Source: an uncultured Thermoleophilia bacterium
GTDB lineage: Bacteria > Actinomycetota > Thermoleophilia > Miltoncostaeales > Miltoncostaeaceae
DNA: 64,000 nt
Assembly (NCBI GenBank): GCA_963768285.1
Contig: CAVYHI010000017.1
Location: 75,132 to 139,131 of the forward strand
Direction: 5' to 3'
The translations under genes were made by a program, and so were the position numbers. The notes under the pieces were generated by a model, which was not told the origin of the DNA, made no database searches, and saw only the letters and a program-made list of their open reading frames with translations. Shown piece by piece: positions 26,168 to 36,253 of this stretch (positions are counted from its first letter, which is position 1; each line of letters begins with the position of its first letter).

Positions 26168-26263
26168 CCCGCGCGGGTCACCCGGACACCCGCCCGTCGT
26201 GATCCGCAGACCGGAGGCGAGGCGGCGCGACCTGCGGGCATCGGCCGAGGCCTGAGCTGCCGG

Positions 26264-27706
26264 CTACAAGCCGGTCTCTGCCACGATCCGTCCGCTCGCG
26301 ACCGCCTGCTGGAGCGCATCGTAGTCCCGCTCGTTCTGATCGGCATAGCTCGCCGAGAACGCCGCGATCGCGCGATCAAAGACATCGCTCTTGCCCAGGT
26401 AGGCCGCGATGGCGACCGGATCTCCCGAGCGCGCGTGCGCGCGGGCAAGGGTCCAGCCGCACAGGCGGGCGTAGATCGTCAAGGCCTCGGGCACCATCGT
26501 CTCGATCTCGGCCGAGCCCTTCCAGTCGCGCAGCTGACGGACGTAGAAGTCGCGCTCGCGCCCATCGAGACCGTCGGTCACATGGATCCAGCCGAGGAAC
26601 ACGTCGCCGGCGGCTTGCATGAGCCGCTGACCCGCAACGACGCGGTGACCATGGTTGGTGTAGTCGCTGCGCCCGCAGAACTCCTCAAGCACCGATGACT
26701 CGGCTTCCTTCATTTGCAGAAACAGCGGATCGTTGCCGTCGCGCCCGAGCATCAGCGCGATCCACGCGCGCGTGCCGACGCTCCCGACCCCGACGACCTT
26801 GCGCGCCAGCTCGACGAACCGGTACCGCTCCAGCAGCCGGCGACGATCGGTGTCGAGCGTGCGCCGGTATTCGCGTAGCCGAGCATGGACCCACTCGCTG
26901 AACTGTGCTGCGCGCTCGGGATCCATCAGGTCCGTCGCCGGCACCACCAACGGGGGGTCCGGGGTGATGCGCCGCTCGCCGTCGACCTCGTGCGTCAGCT
27001 TGCTGAGGGCACTCATGCTGTCGCGCGTGCGGGCCTTGGCCATATTCTTCTCGGTCCGCTTGAGCTGCGCTCTCGGCACCGCCGCCTGATACCTGGCGAT
27101 CGTCTGATCGATGTCGAGGCTCGCGTAGAAGACCTCGAGGTTGGTCTGTCCGGCGAAGTCGGCCATCGCGGTCCGGTAGGCGGCCACGCATTCGCGGACG
27201 ACCGCATCGCGCTGGGCCGCGCTGAAGTTCCGATCGCGCGCGGCGACCTCGAAGCTCGCCGCCAGCCGCTTGATGTCCCACTCGAACGGACCGGGCGCGG
27301 TCTCATCGAAATCGTTGATGTCGAAGACCAGGCGGCGCTCCGGTGTCCCGAAGGCACCGAAATTCGACAGGTGCGCGTCACCGCACAGCTGCACGCGCAG
27401 CCTGGTGGTGGGCGTGGTGGCAAGATCGCTCGCCATGATCAGGGCGGCCCCGCGGTAGAACGTAAAGGGCGAGACCAGCATTCGCCCGTAGCGGATCGGC
27501 ACCAACTCGGGCACGCGGGTCTCGGCTTGGCGCTCAAGCAAGGCGATCGGATCCGGTCGCTCAAACGTCGGGGCGAAGTCCGCGTGTGCGGAGCGCGGTA
27601 CCTCGGCGCGCGCGGTGCGTCCCTCCGCACTGCGCTCGGCGATCGTCAGGTGCTCGACCGTGAGTTTAGGCCCCCGTCGGCGGCCGTCGCGTGGTGCTGT
27701 GGTCAT
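26264..27706 (-). CDS. DUF2252 domain-containing protein
   Basis: 480 aa from ATG 27706 (MTTAPRDG...). VPELVPIRYGRMLVSPFTFYRGAA, CGDAHLSNFG and FDINDFDET are DUF2252 hallmarks. Confidence 0.8.
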   Translation of the reverse strand: MTTAPRDGRRRGPKLTVEHLTIAERSAEGRTARAEVPRSAHADFAPTFERPDPIALLERQAETRVPELVPIRYGRMLVSPFTFYRGAALIMASDLATTPTTRLRVQLCGDAHLSNFGAFGTPERRLVFDINDFDETAPGPFEWDIKRLAASFEVAARDRNFSAAQRDAVVRECVAAYRTAMADFAGQTNLEVFYASLDIDQTIARYQAAVPRAQLKRTEKNMAKARTRDSMSALSKLTHEVDGERRITPDPPLVVPATDLMDPERAAQFSEWVHARLREYRRTLDTDRRRLLERYRFVELARKVVGVGSVGTRAWIALMLGRDGNDPLFLQMKEAESSVLEEFCGRSDYTNHGHRVVAGQRLMQAAGDVFLGWIHVTDGLDGRERDFYVRQLRDWKGSAEIETMVPEALTIYARLCGWTLARAHARSGDPVAIAAYLGKSDVFDRAIAAFSASYADQNERDYDALQQAVASGRIVAETGL

Positions 27707-28099
27707 GGGTGCCCCTCTCGGTGGCCCGCGAAGCGGTGAGGACCTGCGCTGCTCGTCGACCGGCTCGTGTCGGCCGCGGTCCTCGGTGCTCTCAGGGTTG
27801 CGAAGCTCGGTTGGTTCATTGAACCCCCGGACGATCCCGAGACGCATCCTCCCAGGGGGATGAAACACCTTACATCCGCCGATGTCCGCTGCCCATCCCG
27901 TTTTCGCGGCTGCGCCGGCCCCGACCCGCGTTCGGACGCCCGGGCGCGACCCGGCGGGGAACCGGTCATCCGGCCCTCGCGGCCCTGTTGGCCGGCACCG
28001 CCGAGGCACTTCAGGGTAATTTCGTCGCGGGTCGGGCGACGCTCGAGGCAGAGGTTCACCGCGCCCGACGACAATTTCCAAGTACGTGCGTGATCCCCC

Positions 28100-28327
28100 T
28101 GTGGTATCGGCGCTGCTGGCGAGCTTCGAAGACGACTGGGCGGCGCCGGCGCAGCCGCCCAAGCGGCGGTCGATGCGGGGCTCGTCGACTGCGGGACGAC
28201 CGCCCTGCGGCGGGATCTGAAGGCCTACATTGCCTACGACAACCGCGACCGCACCCACGACGGTCGGATCACCAAGGGGCGCGTCCCGAAGGCCCTGATC
28301 GATCCGGCCGGCAAGATGCTCCCATGA
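28100..28327 (+). pseudogene. C-terminal fragment of an integrase-core (rve-type) transposase
   Basis: The frame ending at TGA 28325-28327 reads ...ALRRDLKAYIAYDNRDRTHDGRITKGRVPKALIDPAGKMLP. This is the conserved tail of IS481/IS3-like DDE transposases. No upstream catalytic region is present. Confidence 0.4.
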
Positions 28328-28366
28328 CAGAACCCACCTGTCGGAACATCGTCGGGGCAGCCCAGG

Positions 28367-28899
28367 CTAGGCCGCTGTCGTCGGTCCCGCTCCGACGCCG
28401 AACTGCATCAGCGACCCGTCAAACGGCCACCGCCGCCCGCGATAGCGCGCCGTCACGCCGTCGAGCGCGGCGCGCGCGGCGGCACACCTCGTCGGGGTAC
28501 CCCATCTCCCGGACACGCCGCTGCAGGACATCTGCGTCGCGCACAATGACCGTCGATCTGCAGGTCGAGGTCCAGGTCGTAGAACCACAACAGCGCGTCC
28601 TGCTCCGACGTGACTGGAGCGGCAGCGTCGGCCTTCATGCGCTCGATGCGGCCGTCAGCGCCCAGCAACGCGGTCAGAACCCACCAGTCCTGGCCCGCCA
28701 ATGACAGCTCCTCCTGGGTGACCTCGAGGGCGTCGAGCCGCGGCCGCTGCCGGATCCTCCCCACGTCGGTGCGCCAGCACCAGACCGTCGGCGGCCCCGC
28801 GACCAGCCGCGCCACCCACCGGGCCGACACCGTCCCATCCCACTTGCGCTTCTCGACCACCACCCGTCCCAGGTCGTCGCCGTCAGGTCCCCGACGCAT
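28367..28899 (-). pseudogene. DUF402-family protein (FomD/Ntdp-like), one frame break near 28590
   Basis: MRRGPDGDDLGRVVVEKRKWDGTVSARW...LLWFYDLDLDLQIDG in ORF 28453-28995. The tail ...DGVTARYRGRRWPFDGS is in ORF 28367-28588. Confidence 0.55.
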
Positions 28900-29007
28900 G
28901 TTCAGCCGGTCGGCCTGGGAGGTGTCATCGGCCAGCACGGAGCCCGTGCGCGCGCCGGGGCGCAGATCCCGGCCGCATCGAGCGACCCCCCGCAACCTCG
29001 GGCCCGG

Positions 29008-29826
29008 TCACGCGTCCTGTGAGTGCTTGATCTCCGGAGCCAGGTCTCCTTGGGCGGCCAGCGAACCCGACCGGCCGCCGCCGGGTCCCCGGAGCACGTA
29101 GGCGATGCCGACCGCGACGATCGCCCCCGCGAGCGGTCCGGCAACGTACACCCAGTAGCCAGTCCAGTCGCCGCCCACCAGGTCCGGGCCGAACGTGCGC
29201 GCAGGGTTCATCGACGCGCCGGAGATCGGGCTGCCCCACAATCCGGCCAATGCGATGTACGCCCCGACACCGATCGCGCCGAAGATCCCGATGTTCTGCG
29301 CGCCCGAGGCGGTGCCAGGATGACACTCACCAATCCCAGCGTCAGCAGCGCCTCCATCCAGAACGCGGCGCCAGTCGAATAGCGAGTGCGCCGGGTAGTT
29401 GGAGCCGTACTTGGCCGAGACGTTGACCACCTGGCGCAGGAACAACGCGGCGAGCGTCGCTCCGAGCAATTGCACGACGATATACCCCGGCACGCGCCAC
29501 GACGGGAAATCGCCGCGGAGCCAGAACGCGATGCTCACCGCCGGGTTCAGGTGCGCGCCGGACACCTTGCCCATGAACATGATGATGCCCATGACCATCA
29601 AGCCCGGTGCGACGACCGCTGCCGTGCGGCTGATCGTGTCGGGGAAGGCCTGGCTCATCATGCCGCCACCCGCCGCAACGATCACCAATAGGAAGGTGCC
29701 GTAGAGCTCTGAGAACAGGCGCCGCCACTCCTGGCGCGGGTCCTGGAAGTTCCGCAGAATCTCCAGGTACTCCCGCTCGTAGCGCTGAACGACTGGGCCC
29801 ACAGCCACCTGCTCAGGCTCGCTCAC
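29008..29826 (-). CDS. MIP/aquaporin-family channel (ORF open, but about 20 codons are read out of frame)
   Basis: NPA boxes HLNPAVS and SMNPARTF. Between about 29384 and 29316 the annotated frame gives LFDWRRVLDGGAADAGIGECHPG, whereas the neighbouring frame gives the expected helix YSTGAAFWMEALLTLGLVSVILG. Confidence 0.85.
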   Translation of the reverse strand: MSEPEQVAVGPVVQRYEREYLEILRNFQDPRQEWRRLFSELYGTFLLVIVAAGGGMMSQAFPDTISRTAAVVAPGLMVMGIIMFMGKVSGAHLNPAVSIAFWLRGDFPSWRVPGYIVVQLLGATLAALFLRQVVNVSAKYGSNYPAHSLFDWRRVLDGGAADAGIGECHPGTASGAQNIGIFGAIGVGAYIALAGLWGSPISGASMNPARTFGPDLVGGDWTGYWVYVAGPLAGAIVAVGIAYVLRGPGGGRSGSLAAQGDLAPEIKHSQDA

Positions 29827-30048
29827 CGCTCGCCTCCTCGCGTCGGATCAGGTTGAGGGTACGACCGTCCGGGTCATCCACCATCCTCCCACGTGGATGC
29901 ACCTCGGGTGCCGGTTGCACCTGCCCGTGCGGTGCGGCGGTGCTCAGGCCGGGACGCACCGCCGTCGCGACGAATGCCGCACGGGCGCGCACGGGCCGAC
30001 GGGTAACGCGGGATCCACCGCGGGAGCGTGCCGCCGCACGCACGGCGG

Positions 30049-30798
30049 CTATCCGCCCGAGGTCTGCTCCGTCGCCAGCACGCGGCGAGCGCGCAGTCTG
30101 GTGACGAGCGAGAGGGAAATGCCGGTGACCACCGCGGCGATTGCGAGCAGCGCCGCCTCGGATCCGGGCCACTGGAGGCCGAGACCCTCCGCGGCCCAAA
30201 AGGTCCCGATGCTGGTCAGTAGGACGCCGACGCCGAACTTGATGGTGTTCTCCGGCACGCGCGTCAGCGGCGCGCGGACGATCGCGCCGATGCCAAGAAC
30301 CGTGATGGTGGCCGCGATGGCTGCGATCACCGCGACGTCCAGGTGGCCCCTGGCGCCGCCGAAGCTCACGACGATCAGCACGACCTCGAAGCCCTCGAGG
30401 ACGACGGCCTTAAAGGCGATCGTGAAGGCATACCAGTCGAAGTCTGCGCCGGCGGTCCCCTCCTCCTTCGCCGACGCCTGAACGCGCTGGAACACCGCCT
30501 GCTCATCGCGGAGCGCCTTGTACCCGCTGGCCCGCAGGATGGCCTTCCGCAGCCAATGAATCCCAAAGATCGTGATCGCCGTGCCGACCACGATCCGCAG
30601 GTCATCGATCGGCACGCGTCGCAGCGCGGGTCCGAGCACAGCCACGGCGGCGGCGAGCACCGCAAGGCCGGCAAGCACACCACGAGCCGGGCCCCGCCAA
30701 CCGCGCACGACCGCCACCGCGAGCACGATCGTGAACGCTTCGACGAGCTCGACCGCGCTTGCCAGGTACGCGGCAAGAAACGCGAACACCGCACCCAC
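30049..30798 (-). CDS. polytopic membrane protein, COG4280/GDT1-like
   Basis: GTG 30798 is preceded by GGAAGGA. It has a repeated acidic-helix pattern (AVELVEAFTIVLAV, VLEGFEVVLIVV) and 6-7 predicted helices. Confidence 0.5.
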   Translation of the reverse strand: MGAVFAFLAAYLASAVELVEAFTIVLAVAVVRGWRGPARGVLAGLAVLAAAVAVLGPALRRVPIDDLRIVVGTAITIFGIHWLRKAILRASGYKALRDEQAVFQRVQASAKEEGTAGADFDWYAFTIAFKAVVLEGFEVVLIVVSFGGARGHLDVAVIAAIAATITVLGIGAIVRAPLTRVPENTIKFGVGVLLTSIGTFWAAEGLGLQWPGSEAALLAIAAVVTGISLSLVTRLRARRVLATEQTSGG

Positions 30799-30978
30799 GG
30801 CGGTTCCTTCCTGGCGGGTCCATCCCAGCGTCGACGCACCGACGCTCGGATCTCCCCCAACGATACCGCCACGGGCCGCAGCGCGAGAGGGCGCACCACC
30901 CACGCAGCGGCGCCAGCCGCCCCCCATCCGCCGACCGGACCAGCCCGGGCTGCCGGGCCGGTCCGGTCGGCGGCCACG

Positions 30979-31972
30979 CTACTTCTCTGCCTGGGCGACG
31001 ATGCCGCTCGGCGAGAAGAACGCGTTGTTGGCGGCGGTCCAGCCGCCGAACAGACCGATGGCGAACTGGTGCGAGGGATGTGGAAACTGCTTGCTGAACT
31101 GCTTGGCCACCGACGCAATGACGGGCCGGAAGCCATGCTGGGCGAACACGGTCTGCGCCTTGACCGACCACAGGAAGTTCACGAAGCTTTGTGCCGCAGC
31201 GAGATGCGAGGACCCCTTGAGGACCGCGATCGGGGTCTGGATGAGGATCGTCTGCGGCGGAATCACGTACGACAGCGAACCCCGTGCGTCTTGGCGAAGA
31301 AGGCTCACTCTCGTAATCCAGCACGACGTCCCCCTCGCCGTTCTGGAAATCGGTGAGCGCCTCACGGGCGCTTGCCGGCTGCACAGGCACGTGCTTGAAC
31401 AGCGACTTGAGATACGCGTCGGCCTGTGAGGTGGACTTGCCCTGTACGAGCTGGGCGCCATACGCGGCGAGAATGTTCCAGCGTGCGCCGCCGCTGCTGA
31501 TCGGGTTGGGGGTCACGACGGAGACGCCCTTCTTGATCAGGTCCGACCAGCTGTGGATGTGCTTCGGGTTGCCCTTGCGAACGATGAATACGACGACCGA
31601 ATCGCTCACGAAACCGCCATGCGCGTCGCGATTCCAGGATGCGCTGACCAGTCCAGCATTCACCAGCCGCGTGACGTCAGGTTCGGTCGCGAAGTTGACG
31701 ACATCCGCGGGAAGCCCGGCGGCGACCTTGCGGCTCTGGTCGCCCGACGGCCCGTATGACTGGGCGACTGACCATCCCTTGCCTCCGGGGGTCTTCTGCC
31801 ACAACGGGACCAGCGCGCCGTAGGCCGACTGGGGGGTGGAGTACGCCACCAGGTTGAGCGTGCCGCCACTAGCGAAGGCGGTTCCGGCGGCGGCGATGGC
31901 GGCGGCGGACCCGGCGATCGCCACGACGAGCGCTCGGCGGCGTTGGTGATGGTGGGTGAGGCGAATCGACAA
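30979..31972 (-). pseudogene. sulfate/thiosulfate ABC transporter substrate-binding protein, one frame break near 31290
   Basis: Signal peptide HHHQRRRALVVAIAGSAAAIAAAG, then LVAYSTPQSAY, VVFIVRKGNPKHI and VVTPNPISSGGARWNILAAYGA (ORF 30602-32047). It continues as YVIPPQTILIQTPIAVL...FGGW in ORF 30979-31461. Confidence 0.8.
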
Positions 31973-32046
31973 TTCCTGTCCTTCTTCTCGGGGTCGGCCC
32001 CGGTCGGCCGGGGCGGGAATGTCGCAGGACGATAGGGCCGGCGCCA

Positions 32047-32108
32047 ATACATGACAATAACTGTTGACTTACTAAAGACGTAAATTCGGTAAATTTTATT
32101 GTGTTTTG
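32047..32108. promoter_or_regulatory. AT-rich island with a direct repeat GTAAATT(N2)GTAAATT and a TTGACT hexamer, in a divergent intergenic region
   Basis: ATACATGACAATAACTGTTGACTTACTAAAGACGTAAATTCGGTAAATTTTATTGTGTTTTGG stands out in a ~70% GC context, 75-135 nt upstream of the sulfate-binding-protein start. Confidence 0.4.
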
Positions 32109-32345
32109 GCCCAGCGAGCGAACACCGGACGGTCCTGCGGCGCGACGTCGCTGGCGGCACCGTCCGGGCGGATGCCCCTCGCGCGCCGGCGGTCCGATGT
32201 GCCATCGTGATGTCGTTAGCCGGCGCCAGGACGGGTCGACGCTGACGCCACCGTCATCCGCACGCGGGCAGGGAATGTGTTTCCACGCCGCCGAGCCCGG
32301 GAAGTAGCCAGCACCGGATCGTCGCGTCCGACAGAGGGTGCTGGC

Positions 32346-32692
32346 ATGTTCAGGCGCCGGCGCGTGCGCGAGGGCCATGCGGGCTTCGAGGTCTGGGACC
32401 CGAATCCGACGTTGTCGTCGGACGGCTCAGCGAGATCCGCGACGGCTGGCTGATGATCACCGCATCCGATGGGGCGCCCGACCGCCCGGGTTACCTCCCG
32501 GCGGGCGCGGTGCACTTCGTCGACCCGCGCGACGAGCGCATCGTCCTGCGCCCGGGTGTCGATACAAGCTATCTGCTCGAGCCGCGCGTCGCCCTCGAGG
32601 CACGCGCGGAGCGCATCGTCGACGCCGTCGCGGCATTCGGGCTGTTCGGCTTCGCGTCCACCGACGAGGGGACGTTCCTCAACCCGCGTTGA
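32346..32692 (+). pseudogene. small PRC-barrel-like hypothetical protein, one frame break near 32400
   Basis: ATG 32346 gives MFRRRRVREGHAGFEVWDP. The adjacent frame continues ESDVVVGRLSEIRDGWLMITASDGAPDRPGYLPAGAVHFVDPRDERIVLRPGV... (ORF 32453-32692). Confidence 0.4.
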
Positions 32693-32764
32693 CCCCGCGC
32701 CGACATTGGCGTCAGCGCGGGCGGGGTCGCCGCTGCACGACGAGGCCGAGCGAACGGCGGGCAG

Positions 32765-33490
32765 CTAGGTTGGGAGCGCGGCCGTGTAGGTCTCGTGCGT
32801 CCCGCGGACGGCGTAGCGGATCGTCGCCATGCAGTAGAGCGGCCCGTACGGGGCCACGATCATGTAGCGGTTCAGCAGCACCGTCATCGCATACGAATGC
32901 AGATGCCCGTCAAAGCAGGCCGGCTTGCAGTCGTTGAGCACAAGCGTGCCGTTGCCGAGGGCGGTGTGGGCCCACGTCGTCCAGGTGACGCCCTTCCAGT
33001 ACGCGTTCGCGTCGGCGCAGGCGAGCACGTAGACAGCCGGCTTGATCTCGGCGGCCCCGGTGCAGGTGACGACAACCGGGATCCGGTGCACGGCGGGCTG
33101 CGTGACCCACTGGTGGGCGACCGGCGACGACCCGCTGCCGTTCGCGGCCCGGGCGAAGATTTCGAAGCGGCGCGTCGCGAACGTCAGGTTTGCCCCGACG
33201 TGCACAACATCGGACGCCGAGCCGGTCGAGCACACCAGGGTCTTGGGCAGTCCCGCAATCGCGGGGCTCGAGGCCACGACGCATGACGTGGCGTCGCCCG
33301 ACCTGATCCGGACCGTGGCCGTGCCACCGATCGCCGGAAGGGACGCCGGGCGCACCGACAGCGACTTGACCGTCGGTGGCGCCGCCGTGGTGGCGGCGGC
33401 AATCCCCGCGCCGATGCCGAGCACCGCGATGCGTGGCCGTCGCGAGGCCGACGAGCCGGCGCCTCGAGCGGGGCCGCGAACGCGGTGCAC
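32765..33490 (-). CDS. secreted hypothetical protein
   Basis: Intact 241-aa ORF with an N-terminal Arg-rich/hydrophobic signal (RRPRIAVLGIGAGIAAATTAA) and G/C-ending codons. No recognisable family. Confidence 0.5.
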   Translation of the reverse strand: MHRVRGPARGAGSSASRRPRIAVLGIGAGIAAATTAAPPTVKSLSVRPASLPAIGGTATVRIRSGDATSCVVASSPAIAGLPKTLVCSTGSASDVVHVGANLTFATRRFEIFARAANGSGSSPVAHQWVTQPAVHRIPVVVTCTGAAEIKPAVYVLACADANAYWKGVTWTTWAHTALGNGTLVLNDCKPACFDGHLHSYAMTVLLNRYMIVAPYGPLYCMATIRYAVRGTHETYTAALPT

Positions 33491-33607
33491 GGGTGGGCCG
33501 GCGAGACATGGCGGCGCTCCTTGCGTCGGGCGGCATTTGCCGGACCCTAGACCTTCGGCTAGGTCTCGTCCACCCGGGGCGTCGGCTAACGGCGCACCCG
33601 TGCGCGG

Positions 33608-35218
33608 TTGCCGGGGACGCGCAACGGGTCAGACTATGAGACAATGATCGACACGGACCGTGAGCAGCGCAGCGGGTCGGAGGCGGTCGGCGCCGGCCGC
33701 GCCGCGCACCCCGTGGTGGGGCGCTGGTGGCTCGCCGCGCTCGTCCTCGTGGCGGGTGCCGCGTCGCTCTCGACGGAGATGACCGGGGCGCGTCTGCTGG
33801 CACCGTACTTCGGCGCATCCGACCTGGTCTGGTCGAATGTGATCGGGCTCATCCTGGTCTCGTTGGCGGTGGGCTACTGGATCGGCGGCCGCATGGCCGA
33901 CCGGTTCCCGAACTCCCGGGCGCTGGCAACGGTCGTGCTCGCCGCGGCGCTCGCGCTCGCGGTGATCCCGTTCGCCGCCCGACCGCTGTTTCTGGCCTCG
34001 GCGAACGCCTTCGCCAACGTGTCCGCCGGTGCATTCGTCGCGAGCTTCTTCGGAGCGCTGGCGATGTTCATCATCCCGGTGACCGCGCTGGGCGCAGTGG
34101 CCCCGTGGTCCATCCGACTGAGCGTCCAGTCGGTCGGGCAGACCGGCTCGGTCGCCGGGCGCCTGTACGCACTGTCGACCATCGGCGCGATCATCGGCAC
34201 GTTCCTGCCGGTGCTCGTGCTCATTCCGATGATTGGTACCCGTCGCACGCTGCTGTGGACGGCGGTCGTGCTCGCCGTCACCGCGGCGCCTGCCCTCGAC
34301 CGGCGCCTGGTCTGGATGCCGCTGATCGTGATCGGCCTCGCGGTCGTTCCGCTCGGCCCGATCAAGCCGCCGGGCCCCGGCGAGCGCGTGCTGTTCGAGG
34401 GCGAGTCGCCCTACCAGTTCGTGGAGGTCGTCCAAGAGCGCAACGGCGACCGCGTGCTGCACCTCAATGAGGGCTGGGCGGCGCACTCGCTGCTGCCGGC
34501 GCACGGCGTGCTCACGGACAACTACTGGGATGCGTTCACCGCGCTCCCGTCGCTCGCCGGCGGCCCGTACGGACGCCTGCTCGTGCTGGGCAACGCCGGC
34601 GGATCGATCTCGACGCTCTACACGCGGATCTGGCCGCAGGTGACGATTGACGGCGTCGAGATCGATCCGCTGGTCACCTCGGCGGGGCGCCGCTACCTGG
34701 ACATGACCAATCCGCGACTGCACGTCTACAGCGCCGACGCGCGCTTTTGGCTCGAGGGGAGCCGGCGCCGCTACGACGCGATCGCCATCGACGCATACAC
34801 CCAGCCGTACATCCCGTTCTACCTCGCCACGCGCGAGTTCTTCCAGCTCGTCGACGCGCACCTGACCGCGGACGGCGTCGCGGCGGTCAACGTCGGGACG
34901 CCGCCCGATCAGACGGCGCTGGTCGGGCGCATCGCGACCACGATGCGCTCGGTCTTCCCGACCGTCGTGGCGGCGCGCTATACGAGCTTCAACTCGATCG
35001 TGCTGGGGTTCGCCCATCCCATGAGCACGGGGGCCGTGAAGGCGGCGCTCGAACGCACGCGCGGCGTCGCTCGCGGGCCCGCCGTCCAGCTGGCGAGCGA
35101 GCTGACGCCCGTCGCCGGCGGCGGCACGCCGCTGACCGACGATCAGGCCCCGATCGAGTTGCTCACCGACCGCGCACTGCTGGCCTACTTGGCGGAAGGG
35201 GCCCCCGGGGCCCGCTGA
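33608..35218 (+). CDS. fused polytopic membrane domain / spermidine-synthase-like aminopropyltransferase
   Basis: The N-terminal ~230 aa are hydrophobic helices. The C-terminal half has YQFVEVVQERNGDRVLHLNEG, LLVLGNAGGSISTL, IDGVEIDP and YDAIAIDAY. The start could be 33644. Confidence 0.75.
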   Translation: MPGTRNGSDYETMIDTDREQRSGSEAVGAGRAAHPVVGRWWLAALVLVAGAASLSTEMTGARLLAPYFGASDLVWSNVIGLILVSLAVGYWIGGRMADRFPNSRALATVVLAAALALAVIPFAARPLFLASANAFANVSAGAFVASFFGALAMFIIPVTALGAVAPWSIRLSVQSVGQTGSVAGRLYALSTIGAIIGTFLPVLVLIPMIGTRRTLLWTAVVLAVTAAPALDRRLVWMPLIVIGLAVVPLGPIKPPGPGERVLFEGESPYQFVEVVQERNGDRVLHLNEGWAAHSLLPAHGVLTDNYWDAFTALPSLAGGPYGRLLVLGNAGGSISTLYTRIWPQVTIDGVEIDPLVTSAGRRYLDMTNPRLHVYSADARFWLEGSRRRYDAIAIDAYTQPYIPFYLATREFFQLVDAHLTADGVAAVNVGTPPDQTALVGRIATTMRSVFPTVVAARYTSFNSIVLGFAHPMSTGAVKAALERTRGVARGPAVQLASELTPVAGGGTPLTDDQAPIELLTDRALLAYLAEGAPGAR

Positions 35219-35311
35219 TGCCGCTCGCCGCCGCCGGGGGCACGGGCAACCGTCGTGCGATCCCGCCCGGTGCCGGTTGAGCACCGTGCGGCGTCCGGTC
35301 TAGCATGCCGC

Positions 35312-36239
35312 ATGCCCTCCACGTGGCCCTCCCTGCCGGATTACGCGAGCTGGCAGGCCACCTGCGACACGCTCCACGCCCATACCCAGGTGCTCGGCAA
35401 GCTGGCGGTCGCGCTGGCGCCGCCCGAGCCCCAGCTGCAGCACGCGGCGCTGCGGCTGACCGCGCGGGGCTGGGAGACCGCCCCGCTGCCGGCGCCGGAC
35501 GGCTCGGGGGCGATTGTCGCCGCGCTTGACCTGCACACCCACGAGGCGGTCGTCGAGCACAGTGACGGACGGGTGCGGCAGGTCTCACTGACGCCTCACC
35601 GTGCCGTCGGGGAGGTCACGCGGGAGGTCGTGGCGGCGGTGCGGGATGTCGCCGGGGATGCCGTCGCCATCAACACCACCCCGCAGGAGGTGCCGTGGAC
35701 CATCGCGCTGGATGCCGACGACGAGCACGCCACCTATGACGCGAGGCAGGTCGCGCCTACTTCGACGCCGCCACGCGTGCCGCCCTCGTCCTGGCTCGCG
35801 TTTCGCGCCCCATACCGGGGCCGCGCGACGCCGGTCAACGCCTGGTGGGGCTCGTTCGACCTGGCCGTCAGCCTGTTCTCCGGCGCTCCGGCGGACCCGC
35901 CGTCGGACGACTTCATCATGCGCAACGCGATGACCGCCCAGGAGGTCGCCATCGGCTGGTGGCCCGGCGACGCGCGCTACGGCGAGCCGGCGTTCTACGC
36001 CTACGCGTATCCCGACCCCGCCGGGCTTCGCGCCGGTGGCACCGGCTCCACCCGCCGCCCGCTGGGATGCGGGACTCGGCGAGTACATCCTTGACTGGAA
36101 AGACGCCTGCGCCGCCCGCGACCCCGAGGGCGCGGTCGTGGAGTTCGCGCTCTCGGTCTTCCGGCACGCCTGCGCGGCGTGCGACTGGGATCCGGAACTC
36201 GCGGCCAGCGCGGAGGGTTCGCCGCCGCCGGTCGTCTGA
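35312..36239 (+). pseudogene. DUF5996 family protein, at least 3 frame breaks
   Basis: WPSLPDYASWQATCDTLHAHTQVLGKLAVALAPPEP...RLTARGWETAPLP. Between about 35757 and 35800 the neighbouring frame reads AYFDAATRAALVLAR. The C-terminus (PPAARWDAGLGEYILDWKDA...) is in ORF 36036-36239. Confidence 0.7.
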
Positions 36240-36253
36240 CCGGCGCCCCAGCG

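Noticed and set aside
27707-28258. Upstream extension of the DUF2252 ORF (664 aa as listed)
   Set aside because: The extension is low-complexity Arg/Gly/Pro text. DUF2252 proteins are about 450-480 aa, and ATG 27706 with an upstream GAGAGGGG fits that length.
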